Assembly (NCBI GenBank): GCA_963770895.1
Contig: CAVYRF010000001.1
Span: 672,001-736,000, forward strand
Length of the DNA stretch: 64,000 nucleotides
Source: an uncultured Acidobacteriota bacterium
GTDB lineage: Bacteria > Acidobacteriota > Thermoanaerobaculia > Multivoradales > UBA5704
Direction of reading: 5' to 3'
Numbering within the stretch: the first letter of the stretch is position 1; each line of letters starts with the position of its first letter. Both the position numbers and the translations under genes were made by a program. Under the pieces are notes generated by a model. The model ran no database searches. It saw nothing but the letters and a program-made list of their open reading frames with translations, and was not told the origin of the DNA. Positions 20,866 to 30,500 of this stretch are shown piece after piece.

Positions 20866-21283
20866 CGCCGCGGTCATCGCCACCAAGCTCCGAGACCTTG
20901 AGGACCGGATGGGGCGGATATCAGCTCACCGGCCGGCCGATGCCCCCGCTCTGGCTCAGGATCGCGATGCACTCGACCTTGTTTCTTTCAACCTCATGCT
21001 CGCAATTCAAGATTGCCTCGACATCGCCAGCCACCTTATCGCGGACGAGGGCTGGCCCGCGGCGGCAAGCCTTGGCGAGGCTTTCCAGCGTCTCGGCGAG
21101 CGAGGCGTCCTCACCCTCCGAACGGCTGATGCTCTCCGCCGCGCCGCCGGCCTGCGCAATGTTGTAGCCCATGGATATGCCGAAGCCAACCCTGAGCTGT
21201 TGTTTATGGCAGCACGCGATGGTCTGGTCGATCTGCGCAACTTTGCGAGTGAAGTCAGTGCCTGGGTGCGCGGGCGCGGCTGA
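20858..21283 (+). CDS. hepT: HEPN/DUF86 RNase toxin (HepT-type)
   Basis: Rx4H motif RNVVAHGY, AIQDCLDIASHLI. Paired with MNT. Confidence 0.88.
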   Translation: MVDAAVIATKLRDLEDRMGRISAHRPADAPALAQDRDALDLVSFNLMLAIQDCLDIASHLIADEGWPAAASLGEAFQRLGERGVLTLRTADALRRAAGLRNVVAHGYAEANPELLFMAARDGLVDLRNFASEVSAWVRGRG

Positions 21284-21339
21284 GGCAGGCTCGTCAGGTT
21301 GGGTGTCTTTCTGGCCGCAGCGGCGGGCTCCGCACTTCG

Positions 21340-23170
21340 CTACAGGCCTGCGCGATAGACGCCGTTGCCGGGGACCTGGGCGTACAGGACGCCGCCGGGA
21401 CCGATCAGCAGCTGCTCGATAGGCATCGGCGGCAGGCCGGGGGCGAGCTCGGCCCAGGTGGCGCCGCCGTCGCGGCTGACGATGACGTCGTTGGTGGTGC
21501 CGACGTACAGGGTCTGGGGGTTGGTTGGATCGACGGCCAGCGAGAAGGCGGCTTGCTGGCCTTGCAGCAGCAGGGTCTTGGTCTTGCCGCCGTCGGTGCT
21601 CTTGAACAGGCCGGGCTGGGTGTGGGAGGTGTCAGCCAGCGTGAAGTAGAGAGTCTGTGGCGCGGTGGGATCGACGACCAGGACTGAGATCAGCGCCGGG
21701 ACGTCGATGGCGAAGTCGAGCGAGGCGCCGCCGTCCTGGCTGGCATGGAAGGTTTCTGCAAACGTCGGGGCCTGCACCAGCTTCGCCGCGTACAGAGTGG
21801 ACGGTGCGGATGGCGCCACCACGAACTGGGTGAAAAACTCGTGGTCTGCGCGCAGGATCAAGCTCCAGGTGGCGCCGCTGTCAACGCTCTTGTACTGGCC
21901 TCCCGGCCCGGAGCCTGTACACGGTGGTGGGCGTCATCGGGTCGGGCGCCGGCGGCGCTATGCCCGCAAAGGGCGCTCCGGGACGCCGCCAATGGTTGGC
22001 GCGAGTCTGACTGATGAAGAATCCGCCGCCTTCGGTGTCGACAAACAGCGTGGATGGAGCCGCGGGGGAGACCGCCAGGCCCGTCACTGCGATGCTGTTG
22101 CCCAGACCGTCGTTGGCCGCCGTCCAGGTGGCGCCGCCGTCGGCCGTCTTCTGGACGCCGCTGGTCAGGCTGCCGGCGTACAGCGCGCCGGCGGTCGCCG
22201 GATCGACGGCCAGGGCGTTCAGGTCGACGGCGGCGTAGCCGGTGCTGCAGGGTTTCCAAGTGGCGCCCGCCGTCAGGCTGCGGTAGACCGCCGGCCCGGC
22301 CTGGCTGGCCGTGGCGACTCCTGCATACAGGGTGTTGGGGGCGGCCGGCGCCACCGCCAGCGCGGCAAAGGTGGCGGTGGTCGCTCCCGAAAAGACGGCG
22401 GACCAGTGCTGGCCCTGGTCGACGGACTTGAACAGCCCGCCGCCGCCGCCGCAGGCGAAGACCGCGCGGTCCGCTGCCGGTGACACGGTGACGCACGCCG
22501 CCGCCGGGTTGGTCTTGGCCAGCGGCCGCGCCTGCCAGGTGGTGCCGCCGTCGGTGCTGACGAAGAGTCCCCGGGGGTTGCCGGGATCATTCGGCCGCGC
22601 CGCCGCGTAGACGGTCTGGTGCGCCTGCGGATCGACCGCCAAGGCCACCACGGAGGGCCGACCCATCCCCTGCTGCGCCGGCAACCACGATGCGCCGCCA
22701 TCGACGCTGCGGAACACTCCCTCCGTGGTGCCGGCCAACACGGTAGACGGTTATACGGGGTCCACCGTCACGGTCAGCACCTCCGCCCGCGGCCGCAAGC
22801 CCGCGCCGCTGTCGGTCCAGCTCACGCCGCCGTCGACCGACTTGCAGACCCGGTTGAAGACCGCGGCGTACAGAGTGGTGGGCGTCTGCGGATCGATGGT
22901 CAGATCGTTGGGGTCGTCGGTCACGAACAGCGACGGCAGGCCGCTGCTGGCACTGTTCCAGGTCACGCCGCCGTCGATGCTCTTGAAGATCCCGCCGCCG
23001 AGGTCGGTGATGCCCACGGGCAGGACGCCCGTCACCGCGTAGACCGTTGCCGGCGTCGCGGGGTCCACGACGACCCGCCCCACCATTCCCGGAATCAGGC
23101 CGGCGTCGCTGTGCGCCCAGCTCAGCCCGGCGTTCACCGTCTTGAAGCTCGCGCCCACGACTTCGGCCAC
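21340..23170 (-). pseudogene. Degraded tandem duplicate of the 23179-25242 beta-propeller gene
   Basis: Collinear with its neighbour from FKTVNAG onward but lacks the signal peptide. CAA>TAA nonsense at 22751-22753 and a +1 frameshift at ~21900-21916. Confidence 0.85.
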
Positions 23171-23178
23171 GACGACAC

Positions 23179-25242
23179 CTACGCCGGCGCCGAACCTTTG
23201 CCGGACGGCGGTCTCGCTCCCACTCCCACACGGTAGACGCCGTTGCCGGAGACCAAGGCGTAGAGGACGCTGCCGGGGCCGACGAACAGCTGCTGGACCG
23301 GCACCGGCGGCAGGCCGGGGGCGAGCTCGGCCCAGGTGGCGCCACCGTCATGGCTGACCAGGACGTCGTTGGTGGTGCCGGCGTACAGGGTCTGCGGGTT
23401 GCCTGGATCGACGGCCAGCGTAAAGACGGTTTGCTGGCCTGCCAGCAGCAAGGTGGCGGTGTGGCCGCCATCGGTGCTCTTGAACAGGCCGGGCTGGGTG
23501 TAGGAGGTGTAGGCCAGGTTGAAGTAAAGGGTCTTTGGCGCCGTGGGATCGACGACCAGCAGCAGCATCTGCGCCGGGGCGCTGAGCGCGGATTGAAACG
23601 AGGTGCCGGCGTTCTGGCTGGAGTACAGGGTGTCGACATAGGCCGGGGCGCCGACATCGAGAGTCACCGCGTACAGGGTCGACGGTGCGGAGGGCGCCAC
23701 CGCGAACAGCGGGTCATACTCCACCGCGCCCTGCAGGATCAGGCTCCAGGTGGCACCGCTGTCCAGGCTCTTGTATTGGCCTGCCGGGCCGCCGCTGTAC
23801 ACGGTGGCGGGTGTGCGCGGGTCGGGCACCAGCGGCGGCATGCCCGCAAACGGCGCGCCGGGCCGCCGCCAATGGGTGGCGCGGGTCTGACTGATGAAGA
23901 AGCCGCCGTCGGTGTCGACAAACAGGGTGGCGGGCGCCGCGGGGGAAACCGTCAGGGCCGTCACCGCCGTGGTGTTGCCCAGGCCGTTGTTGGCCGCCGT
24001 CCAGGTGGCGCCGTCGTCGGTCGTCTTCTGGACGCCGCTGGTCGGGCTGCCGGCGTACAGCGTGCCGGCGGTCGCCGGGTCGACAGCCAGCGCTCTCAGG
24101 GCGGCGGCCGCGTAGCCGGTGCTGTACGGTTTCCAGGTGACGCCGGCGGTCAGGCTGCGGTAGACCGGCGGCCCGACGTTGCTGCTCGCGGCGACTCCTG
24201 CATAGAGCGTGTTGGGGGCGGACGGCGCCACCGCCAGGGCGGCAAAGGTGGCAGTGGTCTGACCCTGAAAGACGTTGGACCAGTGCTGCCCCTGGTCCAC
24301 CGACTTGAACAGCCCGGCGCCGGCGCCGCAAGCGAACACCGCGCGGTCGGCGGCCGGCGACACGGTGACGCACGCCGCCGCCGGGTTGCTCTTGGCCAGG
24401 GGCCGCGCCTGCCAGGTGGCGCCGCCGTCGGTGCTGACGAAAAGCCCCTGGGGGCTGGCCGGGTTGGTCGGCTGCGCCGCCGCATAGACGGCCTGGTGGG
24501 CCTGCGGATCGACCGCCAGGGCGACGACCGGCGGCCGGCCCATTCCCTGCTGCGCCGGCGACCACGACGCTCCGCCGTCAAGGCTGCGGAACACTCCCAC
24601 CGTGGTGCCGGCAAACACGTTTGCCGGTTGTACGGGGTCCACCGTCACGGTCAGCACGACCGCGCCCGGCCGCAGGCCCGCGCCGCTGTCGGTCCAGCTG
24701 GCGGCGCCGTCGACCGACTTGAAGACCCGATTGCCGACCGCGGCGTACAGGGTGTCGGGCGATTGCGGATCGATGGCCAGGTCGTTGGGGTTGTCCAAGA
24801 ACGGCGACGGCAGGCCGCTGCCGGCACTGTTCCAGGTCACGCCGCCGTCGGTGCTCTTGAAGATCCCGCCGCCGGCGCCCATATCGCCTAAGATCAGGAC
24901 GTTGACCACCGCGTAGACCGTCGCCGGCGCCGCGGGGTCCACGACGACACGCTGCACCACCCCCGGCACCAGGCCGGCGTCGCTGTGCGCCCAGCTCTGC
25001 CCGGCGTTCACCGTCTTGAACAGCCCCCCGACGCCCGCCGCCGCATAGGCGGTGTGCGGGTCGGCAGGGTCCACCGCCAACGACAGTGCCGCCCCCCCGA
25101 CCGGACCGACCGACGTCCACGCCGTCCCCGCGCCCTGCGCGGCGCCGGGCGCCGCCGCCAGCCCGGCCGCCAGGGCGGCGATCGCCGCCACGCAAGCCAG
25201 ACGAAAAAAGAACCGTCCGCCAAATGAAGCCGTGTCCGACAT
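23179..25242 (-). CDS. Secreted Asp-box (BNR/VPS10-like) repeat beta-propeller protein
   Basis: Signal peptide plus many 'LAVDP..P.TLYA...G.FKSTDGG.TW' repeats. Confidence 0.85.
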   Translation of the reverse strand: MSDTASFGGRFFFRLACVAAIAALAAGLAAAPGAAQGAGTAWTSVGPVGGAALSLAVDPADPHTAYAAAGVGGLFKTVNAGQSWAHSDAGLVPGVVQRVVVDPAAPATVYAVVNVLILGDMGAGGGIFKSTDGGVTWNSAGSGLPSPFLDNPNDLAIDPQSPDTLYAAVGNRVFKSVDGAASWTDSGAGLRPGAVVLTVTVDPVQPANVFAGTTVGVFRSLDGGASWSPAQQGMGRPPVVALAVDPQAHQAVYAAAQPTNPASPQGLFVSTDGGATWQARPLAKSNPAAACVTVSPAADRAVFACGAGAGLFKSVDQGQHWSNVFQGQTTATFAALAVAPSAPNTLYAGVAASSNVGPPVYRSLTAGVTWKPYSTGYAAAALRALAVDPATAGTLYAGSPTSGVQKTTDDGATWTAANNGLGNTTAVTALTVSPAAPATLFVDTDGGFFISQTRATHWRRPGAPFAGMPPLVPDPRTPATVYSGGPAGQYKSLDSGATWSLILQGAVEYDPLFAVAPSAPSTLYAVTLDVGAPAYVDTLYSSQNAGTSFQSALSAPAQMLLLVVDPTAPKTLYFNLAYTSYTQPGLFKSTDGGHTATLLLAGQQTVFTLAVDPGNPQTLYAGTTNDVLVSHDGGATWAELAPGLPPVPVQQLFVGPGSVLYALVSGNGVYRVGVGARPPSGKGSAPA

Positions 25243-25396
25243 CAGCTGTCCTCCTTGCCGTCTGCGCCGTCGCCCGCGCCCGCGCCGTGGCGAGAATTTG
25301 CCTGCATGCTTTTCTTCTACCTGATCCTACGTCGCTGGCGACGCCCGCGTTTAGGCGAGCGTAGTGGGGCTGCCGCCGCGTTTTGCGGCCGGCGGC

Positions 25397-27595
25397 TCAG
25401 CGCGGCGACGAGGGGGCGCCGGGCTTGGCGGCGCTTGCATCATCCACGGCCTGGATGACCAGCACGGCCGAGCGATGGAACGGCAGGTTGATCGCGGTGC
25501 TCTCGACCAGGATCGAGTAGGTGCCTGGCTCGCCCAGGTCCAGGTCGGCGGCGTAGACGCCGGGCGCGACGGCGTGGGCGAGCTGAGTGCGCCGATTGTT
25601 GCCGGGCGGGCTGTAGAAGAGCACCTGGACGTCGGTCAGGCCGTCGATGGGGGCGCCGGTTGCCGCATTGGTCAGCCGGAAGCGCAGCGGGAAGGGGTGG
25701 TTGGCGGCGGCGCGATGGCTTTCGACCAGAAATTCGACGCGCGGCGGCGTCGCGGCCAGGCGCTTGGCGGCCAGCTGCGGGTCGGTTGCCACCTCCACGT
25801 CGAAGCAGTGGACGATGCGCGGCGCATCCAGGAAGAACGCCAGCTGATAGTGGCCGCCCGGCGGCAGGCGGGCGGTCGTCTCGTAGACGCCGGGGGCGGC
25901 TTCGTGGAGCGTGCGGTCCAGGACCAGCACGGCGCGCGGCTGGCGCTCGAAATCGGTGAAGCTGCCCATGGGGGCGGCCATCCCCTCCTGGTAGTAGTAG
26001 ACCGCCTGGTCGCTGGGGTTGGCGATCAGCACCGCGGAGGCGCCGGGGGCGCGCACGATGCTGGCGGCGGGGCTGGGCGCCGCCCCCTGCCCCAGCGGGT
26101 GCTGGCCCGCCGGCACGTCCATCACCGTCACCGGCGTGCCGGCCTGGCCGATGGACTTGAGCGGCATGGTCAGCACCGTCTCGGAGTTGCGGTGGCGCAC
26201 GTACGCCAGGTCGGCCGAAAAGGTCACCTGGTCGGGGCCGCTTTGGACGTGGGCCGTCTGCACGATGCGGTTGCCCGCGGTGTCCAGGATGTAGACCCGG
26301 TCGGTCGTCGGATTGACCGCGAAGCCGAACCGGCCGTCGGGCGGAAAGGCGATCGCCGCCACCCCGACGCCCGCCTTGATGCGCGTCCTGATCAGCGCGG
26401 CGCCGCCGGCGTCGCCCCTGCTGCCGGCGGCGGTCGCCGTATGGGCGCCGCTCGCCGCGCGGGTGGCGCCAGGCTTGTTCGCGTCGCCCGCTTGACTCGC
26501 GTCGCCCGCGGCGTGTGGATCGGGCGGCGCCACGCCGAAGATGGTGCCCGACGGGCCATCGGTGACGTAGGCCAGCTGCGCCTGGCGCGACCAGGCGATC
26601 GCCGCCGGTCGGCTGCCCGCCGGCACGGCGGCGGCGGCAACCGCCAGCCGCGCCACCTCGACGATCGAAACGGTCCCGGCGTCGCGATTGGTGACGAAGG
26701 CAAAACGGCTGTCGTCGCTGAAGGCGAGATCGTGCGGTCCCTTGCCGGTCGCCAGGTGGGCGACGCGCGCCAGGGTTCGCGGGTCGAAGGCGTCCACCCC
26801 GCCGTCCCAGGCCACCCACACGTAGCCGCCGTCGGGTTGCGCCGCCACCCGGCCGGGTAGCGGCCCGCTGTCCAGATTGGCGATCACCTTGAAGGTCGTG
26901 GTGTCCACGACCGCGACCTTGCCGCCGGCCGCGGGCATCGAGATGAAGAGCCGCTGGCCGCCGTCGGCGAGCGCCCAGTCTTCGCCCCTGGCGGCGAGCT
27001 GCACCATCGCCAGCAGCTTGGTGCCGCCGTAGCCGAACAGCGGATCGACGATCGACAGGGTGGCGTCGTCGTTGAGGGTGATCACGTAATAGACGTTCAG
27101 GTCGAGCGCCGCGCGCGCGAAGACGCTGCCTTGCACCAGCTCCTTGACGCGCGCCTCGCAGGTTGCCGCCGCATGTGACGCGCTATCCATCCAGGCGGCA
27201 GGGTAGGCGCCGGCCAGCGGGGCGCCGCTCGAATCGGCAAGGCGGAAACGAAACAGCGCGTCGGCCCCCTCGGCCAGCGAACCGCCGCCGCTGCCCTGGG
27301 TGGTGCTGGCGATGGCGGTGGGGGAGGCAGAGGCGGGGGACGAGACCGCAGCGGCCGGCGTGGACGAAGAGGACGAAGAGGACGAAGAGGGCGCCGTGGG
27401 CAGCACCGCGGCATCGATGGTGATGCCCTGGTCGACGGCGTGACCGCCTGCTGGGGCCGCCGTGGCCGCCGGCGCCGCTGCGGCCGCCGGCGCGCTGTCT
27501 ACGGCAAAAAGGCCAACGGGAAGGAGGCCCGGCAGGAGACAGAGGGCGGCGGCGACAGCGACAGCCTTGCCGCCGCCCTCTCGGAAGACCTTCAC
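25397..27595 (-). CDS. Secreted YVTN/cytochrome-d1-like beta-propeller with C-terminal YtkA/FixH-like Ig domain
   Basis: GKGPHDLAFSDDSRFAFVTN and GPDQVTFS repeats, signal peptide, twin 'PGVY..GxY' Ig motifs. GTG start is 1 nt after the oxidase stop. Confidence 0.75.
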   Translation of the reverse strand: MKVFREGGGKAVAVAAALCLLPGLLPVGLFAVDSAPAAAAAPAATAAPAGGHAVDQGITIDAAVLPTAPSSSSSSSSSTPAAAVSSPASASPTAIASTTQGSGGGSLAEGADALFRFRLADSSGAPLAGAYPAAWMDSASHAAATCEARVKELVQGSVFARAALDLNVYYVITLNDDATLSIVDPLFGYGGTKLLAMVQLAARGEDWALADGGQRLFISMPAAGGKVAVVDTTTFKVIANLDSGPLPGRVAAQPDGGYVWVAWDGGVDAFDPRTLARVAHLATGKGPHDLAFSDDSRFAFVTNRDAGTVSIVEVARLAVAAAAVPAGSRPAAIAWSRQAQLAYVTDGPSGTIFGVAPPDPHAAGDASQAGDANKPGATRAASGAHTATAAGSRGDAGGAALIRTRIKAGVGVAAIAFPPDGRFGFAVNPTTDRVYILDTAGNRIVQTAHVQSGPDQVTFSADLAYVRHRNSETVLTMPLKSIGQAGTPVTVMDVPAGQHPLGQGAAPSPAASIVRAPGASAVLIANPSDQAVYYYQEGMAAPMGSFTDFERQPRAVLVLDRTLHEAAPGVYETTARLPPGGHYQLAFFLDAPRIVHCFDVEVATDPQLAAKRLAATPPRVEFLVESHRAAANHPFPLRFRLTNAATGAPIDGLTDVQVLFYSPPGNNRRTQLAHAVAPGVYAADLDLGEPGTYSILVESTAINLPFHRSAVLVIQAVDDASAAKPGAPSSPR

Positions 27596-27596
27596 G

Positions 27597-30500
27597 CTAC
27601 TGCGGCGCCACCATGGACGGGCAGTACGCCGGGTTCGGCGGTCCGTCCAGCACCCGGAAGATGCCCCAGATGCCGGCGGCGAAGTGGATGGCCGGGAAGG
27701 TGCGGTACAGGTAGTCGCCCGCGACCGGCGTGGTGCCGCCCGCGCTTGGCACCACGACGTCGAAGTGAGTGAGCGGCCCAACCCCGACCCGCGAACCCTT
27801 CCATTCCGCCATCGTGGGTCCGAGCTTCAGGTTGCCGTCGGGGCATTCGTTGTGGTCGGCGTCGATCACCTGCGAAGCATACAGGTTGGTGTGGGTGAGC
27901 GGCGCCTGGCAGTGGTCGCTGTGGGTGAAGTACGGCTCTTCGGAGAAGGTGTGCCCGTACAGCTCGAACACCTCGTTGGTGACGGCGCCGCCGGGGTGCA
28001 CGACGCGGAAGCGTACCGCGTCGCCCTTGGTGGCGCAGAACAGCGGCGTCTGGATCGGCACGTTGGCGGAGAAGCCGCAGGCGCCGTTGGGGCACGTGGC
28101 CTGGTCCGACAGCAGGCAGGAGAAGTCGCCGTTGGGGTTGGCTTTGCAGGTGCGCCGCGCGTCCGCGAACTGGTTGAGCACCTCGGTGCGCAGGTTGAAG
28201 GCGCCGAAGCCGCCGGCGCCGATGCGCGTGCCGCCGCTGGGAGCGGTGAAGATCACGCCGTCGTCCTGCGTTTCGAGCACGAATTCACGGAAGGTGTGGC
28301 CGCCGGCGGTAACCGTGGCGGAGGTGTGCGAGCCGGGGTCGGTGGTCCAGGTGGCACCTTCCGGCTCGATGATCAGCGAGCCGAACATGCCATAGGGATG
28401 GTGGTTGACGACGTCGGACGGCAGCAGGTTGGTGGCGCCGAACTCGACTGGAACGTGAGGGTCGGTGGCCGCCAGGTCGATGTTGCCGGCATACCAGAAG
28501 TAGGTCACCGACTGGCCGGGGGCCGCGGTCTGCTTGGGGTTGAACCCGACGTTGGCGCCGTCGCTCTGCTGCGCGTTGTACGACACCAGCTGCGGATGCA
28601 AGCCCACCGAGTGGGAAGTATTGGAGGGGATGAAGATGTTGCGCGACGCCGCCGACACGCCGTTGACCGGCTCCTGGCCCGACGAGAAACCCTGGCCCAG
28701 GGTGGTCGCGGCGGTGAGCCGGTTGTGCAGGGTGACGCGGATGCAGTCGCCGGCCGCGGCGCGCAGAACGAGCGGTTCGGCGAGCCCCGCCTTGGCGTCG
28801 TAACCCGGCACCGGCTTGCCCGCCTTGAGGGCGTTGTAGTCGGCCTGGGTGAAGTACAGGATGGCGTCGGGGGCGTACCAGCCGAGCTTGGTGTTGTACG
28901 CCAGGGTGGTGCCGCCGAACGCGTCCTTGGCGGTGGTTGCCACCACGCCGTAGCAGCGCAGCGTGTGGCCCTTGCCGTCCGTCGCGCCGCAGTCGTCCTT
29001 CATCAAGGCCGCCGGGCAGACCGACGCCGCCGCCGGCGGAGTCGCGCCGGGCACCGGGAACAGGTCCGGCAGCGGCTTGTTGTAGGCTCGCATCAACCCC
29101 CAGTTACCGGCAGTCTGTCCCTGCTTGGCACCGGTCGGCCGGTAGAGGTAGTCGGTCCAGTCCTTGGCCGCATTGTGGGTCGTCTGGCTCGGCGCCGGGG
29201 TCCTGGCCTCTTGCAGATCGGTCGGCACCTTCATGAGGTATTCGAAGTGCTCGGAGATCCCCATCGTTTCGGTTGCCCGCCAGCCGGAGTTGACGTTGCT
29301 CGGCTCGAACAGCCACTTGCCGTCGTTGAGGTGGAAGTTGTGCGGGTTCTGATGCGCGCCGACCACGATGCGCATCTGCACGTCGTCGCCGGCGTAGGTG
29401 CGCAGCAGCGGCGTGAACGGATCGTCCGCATGCACCCCCGGCGTGAGCGGGGCGTAGGGCGACTTGTGCGCGCCGGGCAGCACGCGCGGGATCGATTCGT
29501 AGACGTTGGACAGGTCGTTGACGCCCGCCGCGCCGGTGCTGTGGATGCGCGGGTAGATCGGCTCGTTGCGGTAGTTGACCGAGAAGTTCTGTGTCGCGCC
29601 GTTCAAGGTGATCAACTCGGGCTGCGAAGGCTTGCCCTGCGTCGGGAAACCCTGGCTTGCATCCGCTGCCACGTCGGCCGACGAGGTGACGATCTTGTTC
29701 ATGGGGGACGGCGGCTCGACCTTGCCGGGCGGAGTGCTGGTGGCTGCCTTGGACGCTGCGGCCTTACCGGCGCCGGTGGCAACGCCGCCCTGGGGGACCA
29801 CGATGCCGCTCGGCGGCGGGTCGATCGGCAGCGTGTCCTTCCAACCGATCTTGCGCAGCGTGGCAAGCCGCGGGTCCGTGGGCGGCAGGCCGAAGATGTT
29901 GCCGAAGGTCGTCACCTTGGCTCCGCTGCTGGCGAAGAAAAGGCTGCCATCCGACGGGATGCCAGGCACGTAGTTGCATGCCTTCGGCAGCTTCGAATTG
30001 CCGAAGTACGAATTGGCCGTCTTGGGATCAGGGATGGGGAGGTCGACCTCTTTGCAAACCTTGGTGTAGTAGACCGTCGACGACGGCTCGGTCGAGCACG
30101 CCTGGCTGTGATCGTTGGCGCAGAAGCCGCACGCGGCGCCGGTCGGGCAGTTCTTGAGCGGCGGCAGCACCGGTTTGGCAGTGGCCCCCGTCGGACGGTA
30201 GACCAGCATGCTGTCCTGGAAGGCGAACAGAAATTCGCGGAAGCTCTGGTCGGTCTGCTTGCCCTGGATGACGGCTTCCCAGCTGGTCGGGCCGCCGTCC
30301 TTGATCGTCACCCCGTTCTGCGTCGAGGTGCGGTCGCCAAGCTGGCTGCCGTTTTCGTTGTTGTGCCAGACCGAGCCGGTCGGCTCGGCCACCAGCGCCG
30401 CATACAGGCCGATCTGCTGGTGGGTCGAGGGACCGAAATGGTCGTGGGTGAAGACCGTGCGCAGGGTGTTGTCCTGGCCGGCGTCGTTGAGCGTCGGATC

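Noticed and set aside
22751-22753. Programmed stop readthrough in the duplicated propeller
   Set aside because: The stop is TAA replacing CAA, and the copy also has a frameshift and no signal peptide. Pseudogenisation is the simpler explanation.
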